Counted from the first letter of the stretch, positions 34,605-42,715 are shown. The stretch is 50,240 bases of DNA from Miltoncostaeaceae bacterium (GCA_044233875.1 JBIIJJ010000001.1:1-50240); one strand, 5' to 3'. Notes: a model not told the origin generated them from the sequence alone. Made by a program: numbers and translations.

Positions 34605-35233
34605 CGGCTGAGCACCCCGTCAAGCAGCTGCCCGGCGCCGCGGGCGAACTTCGAGATGAGCCAGTCGGCACCGATTCCGCCCAGGTCGCGCGAGACACCG
34701 AGGAACGACTCCCTGAAGGGACGATCCCCGGCCGTGGCGATGGTCCTGACGATGCGCCCCACGCGCACGGCGCTGCTGGTGATCGGCGGCTTCGAGAGCC
34801 GCTCCACGGCGCCCTCGATGGTCTTGACGGGATCCTTCACGAGGTCATCAGCCCGGATACCCACCTGCTCGAGGAAGCCCCGCCCCGCCTCGATCTGGCC
34901 GTCCACGTTGAGGGCGCCCCACCAGAGCAGGCCATCCCATGCCCGGCGCACCACGCCGGGCCCATCGCCCCGCCCGCCGGCCACCGTGCGCTCCATCGAA
35001 CGGCGTACCCCGGTGGCCGGCACCACGGCGGACGGGCCCCCCATGGCCGGCGAGGCAGCGGTGAGTGATGCCGCCACGCGCTCGATGACCGGCGGCGGGG
35101 AATCGGGAGCCCAGGGCGTTGCCGCCACCCACATGGCCAGCGCACCGAACAGCAGGGCCACCACCACCGTGAGGCCCACGTGCTCCACCGTGGCCTGGCC
35201 GCTCGCCCCCCGCCTGATCGCCGCATGCGCCAT
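34601..35233 (-). CDS. TadE-like pseudopilin-type protein with unknown 170-aa C-terminal domain
   Basis: Trimmed to ATG 35233. SG-QATVEHVGLTVVVALLFGALAMWVAATPWAPD parallels the N-terminus of the downstream gene. Confidence 0.45.
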   Translation of the reverse strand: MAHAAIRRGASGQATVEHVGLTVVVALLFGALAMWVAATPWAPDSPPPVIERVAASLTAASPAMGGPSAVVPATGVRRSMERTVAGGRGDGPGVVRRAWDGLLWWGALNVDGQIEAGRGFLEQVGIRADDLVKDPVKTIEGAVERLSKPPITSSAVRVGRIVRTIATAGDRPFRESFLGVSRDLGGIGADWLISKFARGAGQLLDGVLSR

Positions 35234-35329
35234 GCATCCGACCCTATGGGTGCCCGACGCGCCGGTGTGTGCCCGCTCGTCACGGCTCGTGAACGCCCCG
35301 GCCACAGCGCACGCGAGTACCCTGAGGCC

Positions 35330-35662
35330 ATGTCACTCATCACGTCCATCACGTCGGTCACCTCCACCGCAGGCCGCGTGGCGCACGATGTGCGGGAGTC
35401 CATGCACCGGGCGCGGGTGGAGGGCGAGAAGCGCGTTCTCGAGCGCCGTCACCGCCGGGCGCTGGCGGCGCTTGGGGCCCGGGCTCGCGAACTCGCGCGC
35501 GAGGGCGACACCATCCCCGTGCAGGCGCTCTCGGCCGAGATCGCGGAGGTCGATGCCCGGCTGGCCGAGGTGCAGGCCACGCGGGAGGTCCAGGCGACGG
35601 AGGACACCGCACACGATGCGGCCGCCGCATTCCCGATGCTGGCCGACGACCAGGCATCCTGA
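35330..35662 (+). CDS. Hypothetical coiled-coil protein (110 aa)
   Basis: ATG 35330 in frame with track ORF 35180..35662. High GC3. R/E/A-rich helical sequence. Confidence 0.5.
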   Translation: MSLITSITSVTSTAGRVAHDVRESMHRARVEGEKRVLERRHRRALAALGARARELAREGDTIPVQALSAEIAEVDARLAEVQATREVQATEDTAHDAAAAFPMLADDQAS

Positions 35663-35764
35663 TCCCGCGTCGCGGGGCACCGTCGACACGGGGGCGCGGA
35701 ATCCTTCCCGCGGCGGTATGCTGCTCTTCCCGTCGGGTTGGCGGGGTCACGCGAGGAGCAGCTC

Positions 35765-36037
35765 GTGCGTACGGAGTCCGATCTCCAGCACCATGACCAT
35801 TCGGATGCACCCGGTTGCCACCGGTGCGGCCTCCCCCTGCTTGAGACGGCCACGTTCTGCCCGTACTGCGAGCGCTCGATCCACGAGGGCCGGATTGCGC
35901 GCCTCGTGCACTGGCGGCCGGCCGGACACGGCGAGGTGCGCGCGCCGGTGGTCACGGAGACCCGCCTCCTGGCCGTGGGCTTCGTCCTCTTCGCCGTAGT
36001 TGCCGCCGCAGCCCTCGTGGCCGCGCTCGCCATCTAG
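35765..36037 (+). CDS. Zinc-ribbon protein with C-terminal TM anchor
   Basis: CHRCG...FCPYCE zinc ribbon and the C-terminal TM LLAVGFVLFAVVAAAALVAALAI. GTG 35765 follows GAGGAG. The track gives TTG 35738. Confidence 0.55.
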   Translation: MRTESDLQHHDHSDAPGCHRCGLPLLETATFCPYCERSIHEGRIARLVHWRPAGHGEVRAPVVTETRLLAVGFVLFAVVAAAALVAALAI

Positions 36038-36091
36038 CGCACACGGCGCAACCACCACCACTTCGACGCGCCCGGCGCGGGAGGAACGCAC

Positions 36092-36268
36092 ATGCCCCAG
36101 ACCCCCGATGAGCCCAAGGTCTTCGAGATCGGCGACGAGGTGACCGGCGCCTTCCGGTGCGCCGAGTGCGACCTGCTCATCACCTCACCCGATGAGAATG
36201 ACGGCGTGCTGGTGCTGCCCGCGTGCCCCCTGTGCCATTCCGAGAAGTGGCGGGCGGCGAGCGCCTAG
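36092..36268 (+). CDS. Small zinc-ribbon protein (58 aa)
   Basis: Below the track size cut-off. MPQTPDEPKVFEIGDEVTGAFRCAECDLLITSPDENDGVLVLPACPLCHSEKWRAASA. GGGAGGAA RBS 6 nt upstream. High GC3. Confidence 0.55.
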   Translation: MPQTPDEPKVFEIGDEVTGAFRCAECDLLITSPDENDGVLVLPACPLCHSEKWRAASA

Positions 36269-36281
36269 CCACGCGGGGCGG

Positions 36282-36557
36282 CTAGCCCAGGATCTCGTCC
36301 GGGTCCATGACGGTGAGGGTCTCGAATGTGGCGCTTCCCCGCGCTGAGAGCTCACCCACCATCTTCGCGGCCGCCACTTCGTCAGGCGCCTCGATCACGC
36401 TCATGAAGTCGTAGTAGCCGAGCACGGCCCACTGGTCGATGACCCGGCCGCCGAGGTCCTCGATCTCCCGGTTCACCTCGAGCAGGCGCTCGGGGGTAAG
36501 CCGCAGTGTCTGCAGGCCCTGGGGACTCAGCGTGGCGAGGAGGACGAACTTCATCAT
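36282..36557 (-). CDS. GYD domain protein
   Basis: Track ORF of 91 aa. WAVLGYYDFMSVIEAPD contains the GYD signature. Confidence 0.75.
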   Translation of the reverse strand: MMKFVLLATLSPQGLQTLRLTPERLLEVNREIEDLGGRVIDQWAVLGYYDFMSVIEAPDEVAAAKMVGELSARGSATFETLTVMDPDEILG

Positions 36558-36572
36558 GGCCGTGCGCTGAGT

Positions 36573-37103
36573 CTAGCCTGACGACCTCGTCGCCCCGGTG
36601 CGCCCGCGCCAGGCGGGCACCACGAGCGCCACGAGCCCCAGCATCAGGAGCAGGATGCCGGCGGCGAGCGCCATCCACCCGCCGGGCCCGAGCACGCTCT
36701 CGATCGGGGGCACCACGTACCCCGTGAGCGGGATCGCCTCCGCGCCGGCCTTCACCTGGGCGGCGATGGCATCGGGCCGGGTCACCAGCCACACCAGCGC
36801 CTGTATCGACACCACCGTGATCACGACGCCCGATGCAAGGGCGGCGAGTGCCGCCGGCCGGCCGCGGGATGCCGCCACCGAAAGCGCCATGGCAAGGGCG
36901 CCTGCGGCCGCCGCGATGAGCACCACGACCCCCTGCCACAGCGACAGCCCATCCTCGATCACCACGAGCCTGCCGTTCACCAGCAGCCGGCCCCACTCGA
37001 CTCCCGAGCCCACCACGACGACCACGCAGAGCACCACGCCGGCCACCAGCAGCGCCATGCGCGCACGCGCGCCCGCAAATCGCGTCCCGCTCGCATCACT
37101 CAC
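36573..37103 (-). CDS. Integral membrane protein, unknown function
   Basis: Track ORF of 176 aa with four predicted TM helices. Confidence 0.55.
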   Translation of the reverse strand: MSDASGTRFAGARARMALLVAGVVLCVVVVVGSGVEWGRLLVNGRLVVIEDGLSLWQGVVVLIAAAAGALAMALSVAASRGRPAALAALASGVVITVVSIQALVWLVTRPDAIAAQVKAGAEAIPLTGYVVPPIESVLGPGGWMALAAGILLLMLGLVALVVPAWRGRTGATRSSG

Positions 37104-37153
37104 GCGGCTATCCTGCCGGGAGAACCCGAAACCGGCCCCTCAAAGGACCTCTT

Positions 37154-37471
37154 ATGCAGCGCGATAGTGACGGCACGCCCAACGAGCTCCAGCGCGCACT
37201 GCTGGAGTACACGCCCACGGACCTCGAAGAGGCCCTCATCGAGTGGACCCGCGAGCACTGGCCCATGGCCGCGCGCGCGATGGTCTACAACAAGACCGAG
37301 GGCGACAACATGGTGTCGGGCGTGCAGGGCGTCCGCTCCGATGAGGGCCAGCTGGTGATGCAGGTGAGCGCCCGCGTGGCCATCTCGGAGCGCGAGCTGC
37401 TCATCCGCGGCATCGCGGCCATCCTCCCGGAGTGGCTCGAGAAGCGCTACGGCCTCACGCCCAAGCAGTAG
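37154..37471 (+). CDS. Hypothetical protein (105 aa)
   Basis: Track ORF with high GC3. No family recognised. Confidence 0.5.
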   Translation: MQRDSDGTPNELQRALLEYTPTDLEEALIEWTREHWPMAARAMVYNKTEGDNMVSGVQGVRSDEGQLVMQVSARVAISERELLIRGIAAILPEWLEKRYGLTPKQ

Positions 37472-37489
37472 CCCGGGCGCGCCGGCGGA

Positions 37490-37831
37490 CTACTCCTTGG
37501 GCTCCACGGGGTAGTCCGCCGCCGCCCACGCATCAAAGCCCCCCACCAGCACGCCCACGCGGGAGTACCCCTTGTCGAACGCGGTGAGGGCGATCTTCAT
37601 GCTCGTGGCCTCGCCGGGCCGGTCGCAGTAGAAGACCAGCTCGCGGTCCTTGGGCAGCGAATCGATCTCGGTCGTGAACGACATCGGATCGATGCGGATG
37701 GCGTTCTTCACCTTGGTCTCCGCCTCGCGCCACGTGAGCTCGCGGCAGTCGACCGGCTGAACCCTGTCCCCCATGCGCAGCGATGCGAAGAGGTCCTGCG
37801 GCTGCCACTGAGCGATGTCATCCCATGCCAC
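37490..37831 (-). CDS. Rhodanese-like domain protein
   Basis: Active-site loop context VFYCDRPGEATS and a GGFDAW motif. Confidence 0.75.
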   Translation of the reverse strand: MAWDDIAQWQPQDLFASLRMGDRVQPVDCRELTWREAETKVKNAIRIDPMSFTTEIDSLPKDRELVFYCDRPGEATSMKIALTAFDKGYSRVGVLVGGFDAWAAADYPVEPKE

Positions 37832-37849
37832 TGAAGCGTCCTCCAGGTA

Positions 37850-38506
37850 CTAGTCGCGGGTATTGCCCCAGGCGTCGTCGTGCACCAGCGACTTCCAGCC
37901 GCGGTACGAGCGCTTGAGCGCAGGCGGAAGGCCCTCGGGGAACGACTCGGGGTAGCCGAGCGGCGTCACCAGCACGGGGTCCACGTCGTCGGGCAGGCCC
38001 ACGACCTGCCGCAGGCGGTCCTTCTCGAACCTCTGGAATGCGGAGGTGGGCACCGTGCCGAGGCCCTCGGCACGGGCGGCGACGAACAGGTTCTCCATGG
38101 CGAAGGCCACCGAGAGGAGGTCGTCGATGTAGCCGCCCTCCTCCATGCTGGCCGGGTAGTTGCCCCGGGGCACCAGCAGGCCCATCACCCACACGGGTGC
38201 GATGCGGTAGGTCGGCAGGATCTGCTCGGCATACGCCACGCACGCGGCCTCGTGCTCCTCGGGCGTGGCGTCACGACGCGGGCGCATCTCGGCGAAGTAC
38301 CTGGCCCCGCCGGCGATCACCAGGTCGGCCACCTCGCGACGGCGGGCCTCATCGCGCACCACCAGCAGGCTCCACGCCTGCGAGCCGCTCCCCGTGGGCG
38401 CCTGCAGGGCGGCGCGCAGCACCTTGTCGAGCACATCCTCCGGCACAGGCCGGTCGGTGTAGCTGCGCACTGCCTTGCGCTTGCGAATTGCCTCGAATAC
38501 GTCCAT
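37850..38506 (-). CDS. Nitroreductase family protein
   Basis: Trimmed to ATG 38506 with a GGAGGA RBS. N-terminus MDVFEAIRKRKAVRSYTDRPV is typical of the family. Confidence 0.8.
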   Translation of the reverse strand: MDVFEAIRKRKAVRSYTDRPVPEDVLDKVLRAALQAPTGSGSQAWSLLVVRDEARRREVADLVIAGGARYFAEMRPRRDATPEEHEAACVAYAEQILPTYRIAPVWVMGLLVPRGNYPASMEEGGYIDDLLSVAFAMENLFVAARAEGLGTVPTSAFQRFEKDRLRQVVGLPDDVDPVLVTPLGYPESFPEGLPPALKRSYRGWKSLVHDDAWGNTRD

Positions 38507-38550
38507 GGGGATCCTCCGGGGAAATGATCTTCCGGCAGCGTACCGGGGCC

Positions 38551-39012
38551 TCAGCCCAGCAGGGCGAGAACGCGCTCGGCGTCGCCTGCGGGCTTCACCT
38601 TGTAATCGGCGTGCAGCAGCACGCCATCGGGGCCCACCACGAACGTGCTGCGCTCGACGCCCATGTACTTCTTGCCGTACATGGACTTCTCCACCCACAC
38701 GCCGTAGGCCTCCAGCACCTCGTGCGACTCATCCCCGAGCAGCGGGAAGGTGAGCCCCTCCTTCTCGCGGAACTTCACCAGCCGCGATACGGGGTCGGGG
38801 CTGATGGCCAGCACCGTGGCGCCCAGCCCCTCGAACTGCCCGAGCGAATCGCGGTACGCACAGGCCTGCTGCGTGCACCCCGAGGTCATCGCCTTGGGAT
38901 AGAACACGAGCACCACCGGGGCGCCGCGCAGTGATGACAGGGACACGTCATCCCCCCCATCGGACGGAAGGGTGAAGTCAGGGGCGGGCTGTCCGGGCTC
39001 GAGTCGGGCCAC
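38551..39012 (-). CDS. bcp: Thioredoxin-dependent thiol peroxidase (peroxiredoxin Bcp)
   Basis: GTG 39012 after GAGGAGG. FYPKAMTSGCTQQAC is the peroxidatic-Cys motif. The 451-aa track ORF extension is shadow sequence. Confidence 0.85.
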   Translation of the reverse strand: MARLEPGQPAPDFTLPSDGGDDVSLSSLRGAPVVLVFYPKAMTSGCTQQACAYRDSLGQFEGLGATVLAISPDPVSRLVKFREKEGLTFPLLGDESHEVLEAYGVWVEKSMYGKKYMGVERSTFVVGPDGVLLHADYKVKPAGDAERVLALLG

Positions 39013-39178
39013 GATCTCCTCCTCGCATGGCGGGCTGACGGCGGCTTCAGGTGGCGACGGTACGCCACGCAACGCGTGGTGGAGTCGCGAACGGCATGCG
39101 ACCCGCGCACAATCGCCAACCCACCGAATTGGACACGGGGATGAGGTCGGCGGCGCCAGGCGCACATACCGTGGGGCC

Positions 39179-40060
39179 ATGATCGCGGTCGGATACCGGG
39201 CGGTGCACGAGATGGCGGCGGCCCTCGAGAGGGCGGACGCCTCCGCACGCGTGCTCGGCGCGCGGGCCCTGGCCGCCCGGGACGGCGCCGGGCCCGCCGC
39301 GGCGTTCTCGGCACTCGCCGCCGCCGGGCCCGAGGGCCTCGTGCCGGCGGTGGGAACCGGGGGCACCCTGGCCGCGCGCCATCTCGAGCAGGCGGCGCTG
39401 GCCGCGGCCTCGGCGGGCCCGCTGCTACCGGATGATGTGCTCGACGCCCTCGCACACGCCGTGGCCGCCGCGCGATCGCAGTCGGGCGGCGGGAACGCCC
39501 TCGACCCGCGGGGCGCCGCCCTGGTGGTGGGGCGCGAGGTCGCAGCAGTGCGGGGACTGCTCGACGACTCCCTGCCCCGGGACACCGCATGGCACATGCT
39601 GCGGCTTGGCACCTTCCTCCCGCGGGCCGCCTGGATATGCGCCCTGGCCCTTGCCTGCGCCACCGCAGCAGGCAACGACCCGGCGTCTGCGGACGCCATC
39701 TGGGGCGCCGCCGCTCGGGTCACCGGAATGCGCGTGGGCGACGGTGGAGAGCCCCCGACCAGCGTGCTCGGGCCCCTCATGCGCGACGACCGCCTGCCGA
39801 TGTCGGTGGCGAGGTCGCTCGACGAGGTCACCCGGGCGCTGTTCGCCCTGTCGCGCGATGGCGCATCCGAGGCGGGCCCGCTCGCCCTCGCGCGGGCCAC
39901 GGTCACGCGCCTCGGCTCTGCGGCAATGCACGACCAGCTGCGCCGGGAGCCCCGGGAGGCGATCGGGGGGGTCCTCGATGCGCTCGGGGCGCTCGCCGGG
40001 GCCGCCGCTCCCGCACGCAGGCCGCGTGCGACTCAATCGGGTGCGGCCCTCGCCGCCTGA
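39179..40060 (+). CDS. Ala-rich hypothetical protein
   Basis: In frame with track ORF 38972..40060. Very high GC3 supports coding. No firm family. Confidence 0.45.
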   Translation: MIAVGYRAVHEMAAALERADASARVLGARALAARDGAGPAAAFSALAAAGPEGLVPAVGTGGTLAARHLEQAALAAASAGPLLPDDVLDALAHAVAAARSQSGGGNALDPRGAALVVGREVAAVRGLLDDSLPRDTAWHMLRLGTFLPRAAWICALALACATAAGNDPASADAIWGAAARVTGMRVGDGGEPPTSVLGPLMRDDRLPMSVARSLDEVTRALFALSRDGASEAGPLALARATVTRLGSAAMHDQLRREPREAIGGVLDALGALAGAAAPARRPRATQSGAALAA

Positions 40061-40081
40061 TCTCGGCGCTATCCTCATCCC

Positions 40082-40285
40082 ATGTGGCCATTGGGTTTCA
40101 GCAGGTTCGACGTGGCGGCGTGGGGTGTGGCGATCGTGGTGGGAGTTCTGGCCACCGTCCTCGCCGACCTCGGCGGGGCACGTCTCGGGGTCGCGCTCAC
40201 GCTCGGCGTGTGCCTCATGGTCGTGGTGATCGTGGTGGCGATGTTCGTCGACTCGCGCGGTCGCTCGTTCCCCGTTGACGACTGA
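40082..40285 (+). CDS. Small two-TM membrane protein (67 aa)
   Basis: Track ORF with hydrophobic helices. Overlaps the next gene by 11 nt. Confidence 0.45.
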   Translation: MWPLGFSRFDVAAWGVAIVVGVLATVLADLGGARLGVALTLGVCLMVVVIVVAMFVDSRGRSFPVDD

Positions 40286-41027
40286 GCAACCCGGCCCGTC
40301 CGCCCGGCGCTGGCTGGGCGTGCGCGAACGGCAGCTCGCGCCCGGCCGCAGGACCCTCACCACCAGCGAAGCGGCGGCCATGCTCGGCGTGAGCGTGCCC
40401 ACAATCCGCCTCTGGGCCGACCAGGGTCGCGTGCCATGCCACCGCACGGCAGGCGGCCACCGGCGGTTCGAGGTCGAGGAGCTGGCCGATTGGCTGCGCA
40501 GCGCCGACGCCCCTCCGCCGCGTGCAGTGCGGGCGGCGCCCGCCGAGCTGGAGTTCCTGCCATGCCCGCTCATGGCGCGGCTGCTGGTGGGGCGCACGGC
40601 TGCCATCGCCGACCGGGTGCGGGCGCATCCCATCGAGGCCCCCGCACTTCCGGTGCCGTGCCCCAGCCCCACGGCGGCCATGCACGACGTCCAGCGCTAC
40701 GTGCGCCCGCTGGCGCGCGCACTCGAGACGGGACGCCTGGGACAGCTGGACGAGCGGGCGGAGACCACGGGGCTCAGGGGCGTGGCCCGCGGCCAGGAGA
40801 TCGAGGTGATCCTGCGCGATCGCCGCCTCTCGGAGGCCGTGATGGCCGAGGCCGTCGCTGCCCGGGATGCCGGCATGGCGATGGAGCCCGGCGCCGTGGA
40901 CGTGCTCCGGGCCGCACTGGAGCACATCACGGCCGGGCTCATCCGTGGCATGGCGGAGGGCCTCGACCCCCTGGGGGCGGGAAATGCCGAGGGCCCCTTG
41001 CGGGGCCCTCGGGTCAGCGAGCCGTAA
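40275..41027 (+). CDS. MerR/excisionase-type HTH DNA-binding protein with unknown C-terminal domain
   Basis: LTTSEAAAMLGVSVPTIRLWADQGRVPCHRTAGGHRRF is an excisionase-family HTH. The start is uncertain (TTG 40275 or GTG 40320). Confidence 0.6.
   Translation: MTTEQPGPSARRWLGVRERQLAPGRRTLTTSEAAAMLGVSVPTIRLWADQGRVPCHRTAGGHRRFEVEELADWLRSADAPPPRAVRAAPAELEFLPCPLMARLLVGRTAAIADRVRAHPIEAPALPVPCPSPTAAMHDVQRYVRPLARALETGRLGQLDERAETTGLRGVARGQEIEVILRDRRLSEAVMAEAVAARDAGMAMEPGAVDVLRAALEHITAGLIRGMAEGLDPLGAGNAEGPLRGPRVSEP
40991..41008 (-). terminator. Hairpin just 3' of rnpB (inside the HTH gene 3' end)
   Basis: GGGCCCC-TTGC-GGGGCCC, immediately downstream of the RNase P RNA 3' end on the minus strand. Confidence 0.35.
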
Positions 41028-41350
41028 GCCGGATTCTGTCGTGGACAGTCATCTATCTGGGACGCCCGTTGCCGGACGCCTCATGCGGCCCACCTGGGAC
41101 TGGGCGAGCAACCCGTGACGTCCCGATTTGGCCTTGCACCGAGTGGGGTTTACCCAGCCGGCCCGTCACCGGACCGCTGGTGCGCTCTTACCGCACCTTT
41201 TCACCCTTACCCCGCGATCGCTCGACGAGGCGGTTTTGTTTCTGTGGCACTTTCCCTCGGGTTTCCCCGGCTGGCCGTTAACCAGCACCCTGCTCTGCGG
41301 TGTCCGGACTTTCCTCGAGGCCGAGGCCCCGCGACTGCCTGGCTCGCCCC
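41012..41350 (-). ncRNA. rnpB: RNase P RNA, bacterial type A
   Basis: The minus strand reads ...GAGGAAAGTCCGGAC..., TAAGGGTGAAAAGGTGCGGTAAGAGCGCACCAG and ACAGAATCCGGCTTA. P1 pairing is GCGAGCC/GGCTCGC. Ends are approximate to about 10 nt. Confidence 0.9.
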
Positions 41351-41364
41351 GTGAGGGTATCGCG

Positions 41365-41967
41365 CTAGAGGTCGCGCATCACCCCGACCACACGCCCGAT
41401 CACCCGGATGTCGGTGCCGCGGATGGGGTCGTACGCGGGGTTCTCGGCCTCAAGGCGCACCCCGCCCGGCTCGCGGTACACGCGCTTGACCGTGGCCTCG
41501 TCCTCCAGCAGCGCCACCACGATCTGGCCGTCGCGGGCGTCGTCCTGCTTCTTCACGGCCACCAGGTCGCCGTCGAGGATGCCCGCGTTCACCATTGAGT
41601 CGCCCTTGACCCTCAGCAGGTAGTCGGCCGCGAACGGAGCCGCCACATGGTCCTCCACGTGCTCATCGGCGAGGATGGGCGCACCTGCCGCAACGGCGCC
41701 CACCAGTGGCAGCGTCATCGGCGCGGCCGCTGCCTTCGCCGACCGCCCTCCCTGGATGCCCACCAGCATGGCCCGCGGCTTGGACGGGTCGCGGCGCAGG
41801 TGCCCGGACGCCTCGAGCTTCTCGAGGTGGCGGTGCACGGTGGACGGAGAGGCCAGGCCCACGCCCTGGCCGATCTCCCTCACGGTGGGCGGGTAGCCAT
41901 GGCGCTCAACGTGCTGCTCGATGAAGGCCAGGATCTCTGCCTGCCTGCCGGTTGGTGCGGTTGCCAT
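41365..41967 (-). CDS. lexA: LexA repressor
   Basis: Winged HTH YPPTVREIG, AAG cleavage site (VAAGAP), Ser/Lys dyad (GDSM ... VKRV). ATG 41967 is chosen because the SOS box sits upstream of it. Confidence 0.9.
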   Translation of the reverse strand: MATAPTGRQAEILAFIEQHVERHGYPPTVREIGQGVGLASPSTVHRHLEKLEASGHLRRDPSKPRAMLVGIQGGRSAKAAAAPMTLPLVGAVAAGAPILADEHVEDHVAAPFAADYLLRVKGDSMVNAGILDGDLVAVKKQDDARDGQIVVALLEDEATVKRVYREPGGVRLEAENPAYDPIRGTDIRVIGRVVGVMRDL

Positions 41968-41993
41968 TGGAGGGTGCCCCCGGGTAGGAAACG

Positions 41994-42009
41994 TCGAACT
42001 GGTGTTCGC
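41994..42009. promoter_or_regulatory. SOS box (LexA operator)
   Basis: TCGAAC-TGGT-GTTCGC, one mismatch to the actinobacterial consensus TCGAAC-N4-GTTCGA. It lies 27 nt upstream of the lexA start. Confidence 0.8.
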
Positions 42010-42086
42010 CATCCTAACAGGGCCTCCTGCTGGCCCCGTGCTGCTACATTGCCCCGCGCTGTCCGCTCGTCGGACGGCACCGATCT

Positions 42087-42171
42087 GCGGCTGTGGCGGA
42101 ACTGGTAGACGCGCAAGGTTGAGGGCCTTGTGACCCCTAGGGTCGTGGAGGTTCAAGTCCTCTCAGCCGCA
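42087..42171 (+). tRNA. tRNA-Leu (GAG)
   Basis: Acceptor GCGGCTG/CAGCCGC, anticodon arm CAAGG-TTGAGGG-CCTTG, a long variable arm (type II) and the T loop GTTCAAGT. Confidence 0.9.
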
Positions 42172-42180
42172 TCGGAAACG

Positions 42181-42210
42181 ACAAGGGCCGCCCCTCGGGG
42201 CGGCCCTTGT
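42181..42210. terminator. GC-rich hairpin after tRNA-Leu
   Basis: ACAAGGGCCGCCCC-TC-GGGGCGGCCCTTGT, followed by TCGTTCGG. It could act for both convergent units. Confidence 0.6.
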
Positions 42211-42232
42211 TCGTTCGGCTATGTGCCCGCGC

Positions 42233-42397
42233 CTACCCGAAGATGGTCTGGATGATCCAGACGACCCAGGCGATCATGTACATCGACAGCACGCCGATGA
42301 GGTAGAGGGCGATGCCCGCGAAGATCAGCGCGATGAACGCGCCGACGAACTTGACGGGCAGTGAGCGCAGGACTGACGGTGAGGTATCCACGCCCAT
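42233..42397 (-). CDS. Small hydrophobic protein (54 aa), unknown
   Basis: Below the track cut-off. MGVDTSPSVLRSLPVKFVGAFIALIFAGIALYLIGVLSMYMIAWVVWIIQTIFG. High GC3, two TMs, no clear SD. Confidence 0.4.
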   Translation of the reverse strand: MGVDTSPSVLRSLPVKFVGAFIALIFAGIALYLIGVLSMYMIAWVVWIIQTIFG

Positions 42398-42407
42398 GAC
42401 TTTACCG

Positions 42408-42426
42408 GGCCCGCAGGGGGCGGGCC
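42408..42426 (-). terminator. Hairpin downstream of secG
   Basis: GGCCCGC-AGGGG-GCGGGCC, 35 nt after the secG stop. Confidence 0.35.
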
Positions 42427-42460
42427 GTTCCCTTCAGCTGGGCTGAGTGTCCCTGCCCCG

Positions 42461-42694
42461 CTACGAGAGGGTCATGCCCAGCACGTAGGTCATCAGGAAG
42501 AACAGCACCGCCACGATCACCGTGATTCGGGTGAGGTTCTTCTCCACGATGGCCGACGAGCCGCCATAGGCGCTCGACCCGCCGCCCACGCCGAAGGCGC
42601 CGGAGAGGCCGGAGTCCTTGCCGCTGTGCATCAGCACGAGTGCGATGAGCAGGACGCAGAGCAGCACGTGTATGACGACGAGTACCGCGGTCAC
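42461..42694 (-). CDS. secG: Preprotein translocase subunit SecG
   Basis: 77 aa with two TMs. LMHSGKDSGLSGAFGVGGG is a SecG hallmark. Confidence 0.85.
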   Translation of the reverse strand: MTAVLVVIHVLLCVLLIALVLMHSGKDSGLSGAFGVGGGSSAYGGSSAIVEKNLTRITVIVAVLFFLMTYVLGMTLS

Positions 42695-42715
42695 GGCGCG
42701 GCACAGTAGCAGCGA

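Noticed and set aside
39013-39906. Extension of the bcp ORF to 451 aa, and the 418-aa ORF 39425..40681
   Set aside because: The extension is A/R/S/P-rich. A GAGGAGG RBS plus GTG at 39012 gives a normal 153-aa peroxiredoxin. The plus-strand frame over this region has near-maximal GC3.
39179-40060. Possible alpha-E (DUF403) domain protein
   Set aside because: The resemblance rests on one helix (HMLRLGTFLPRAAW). The conserved ER dipeptide is absent. The usual partners (circularly permuted ATP-grasp, transglutaminase) are not nearby.
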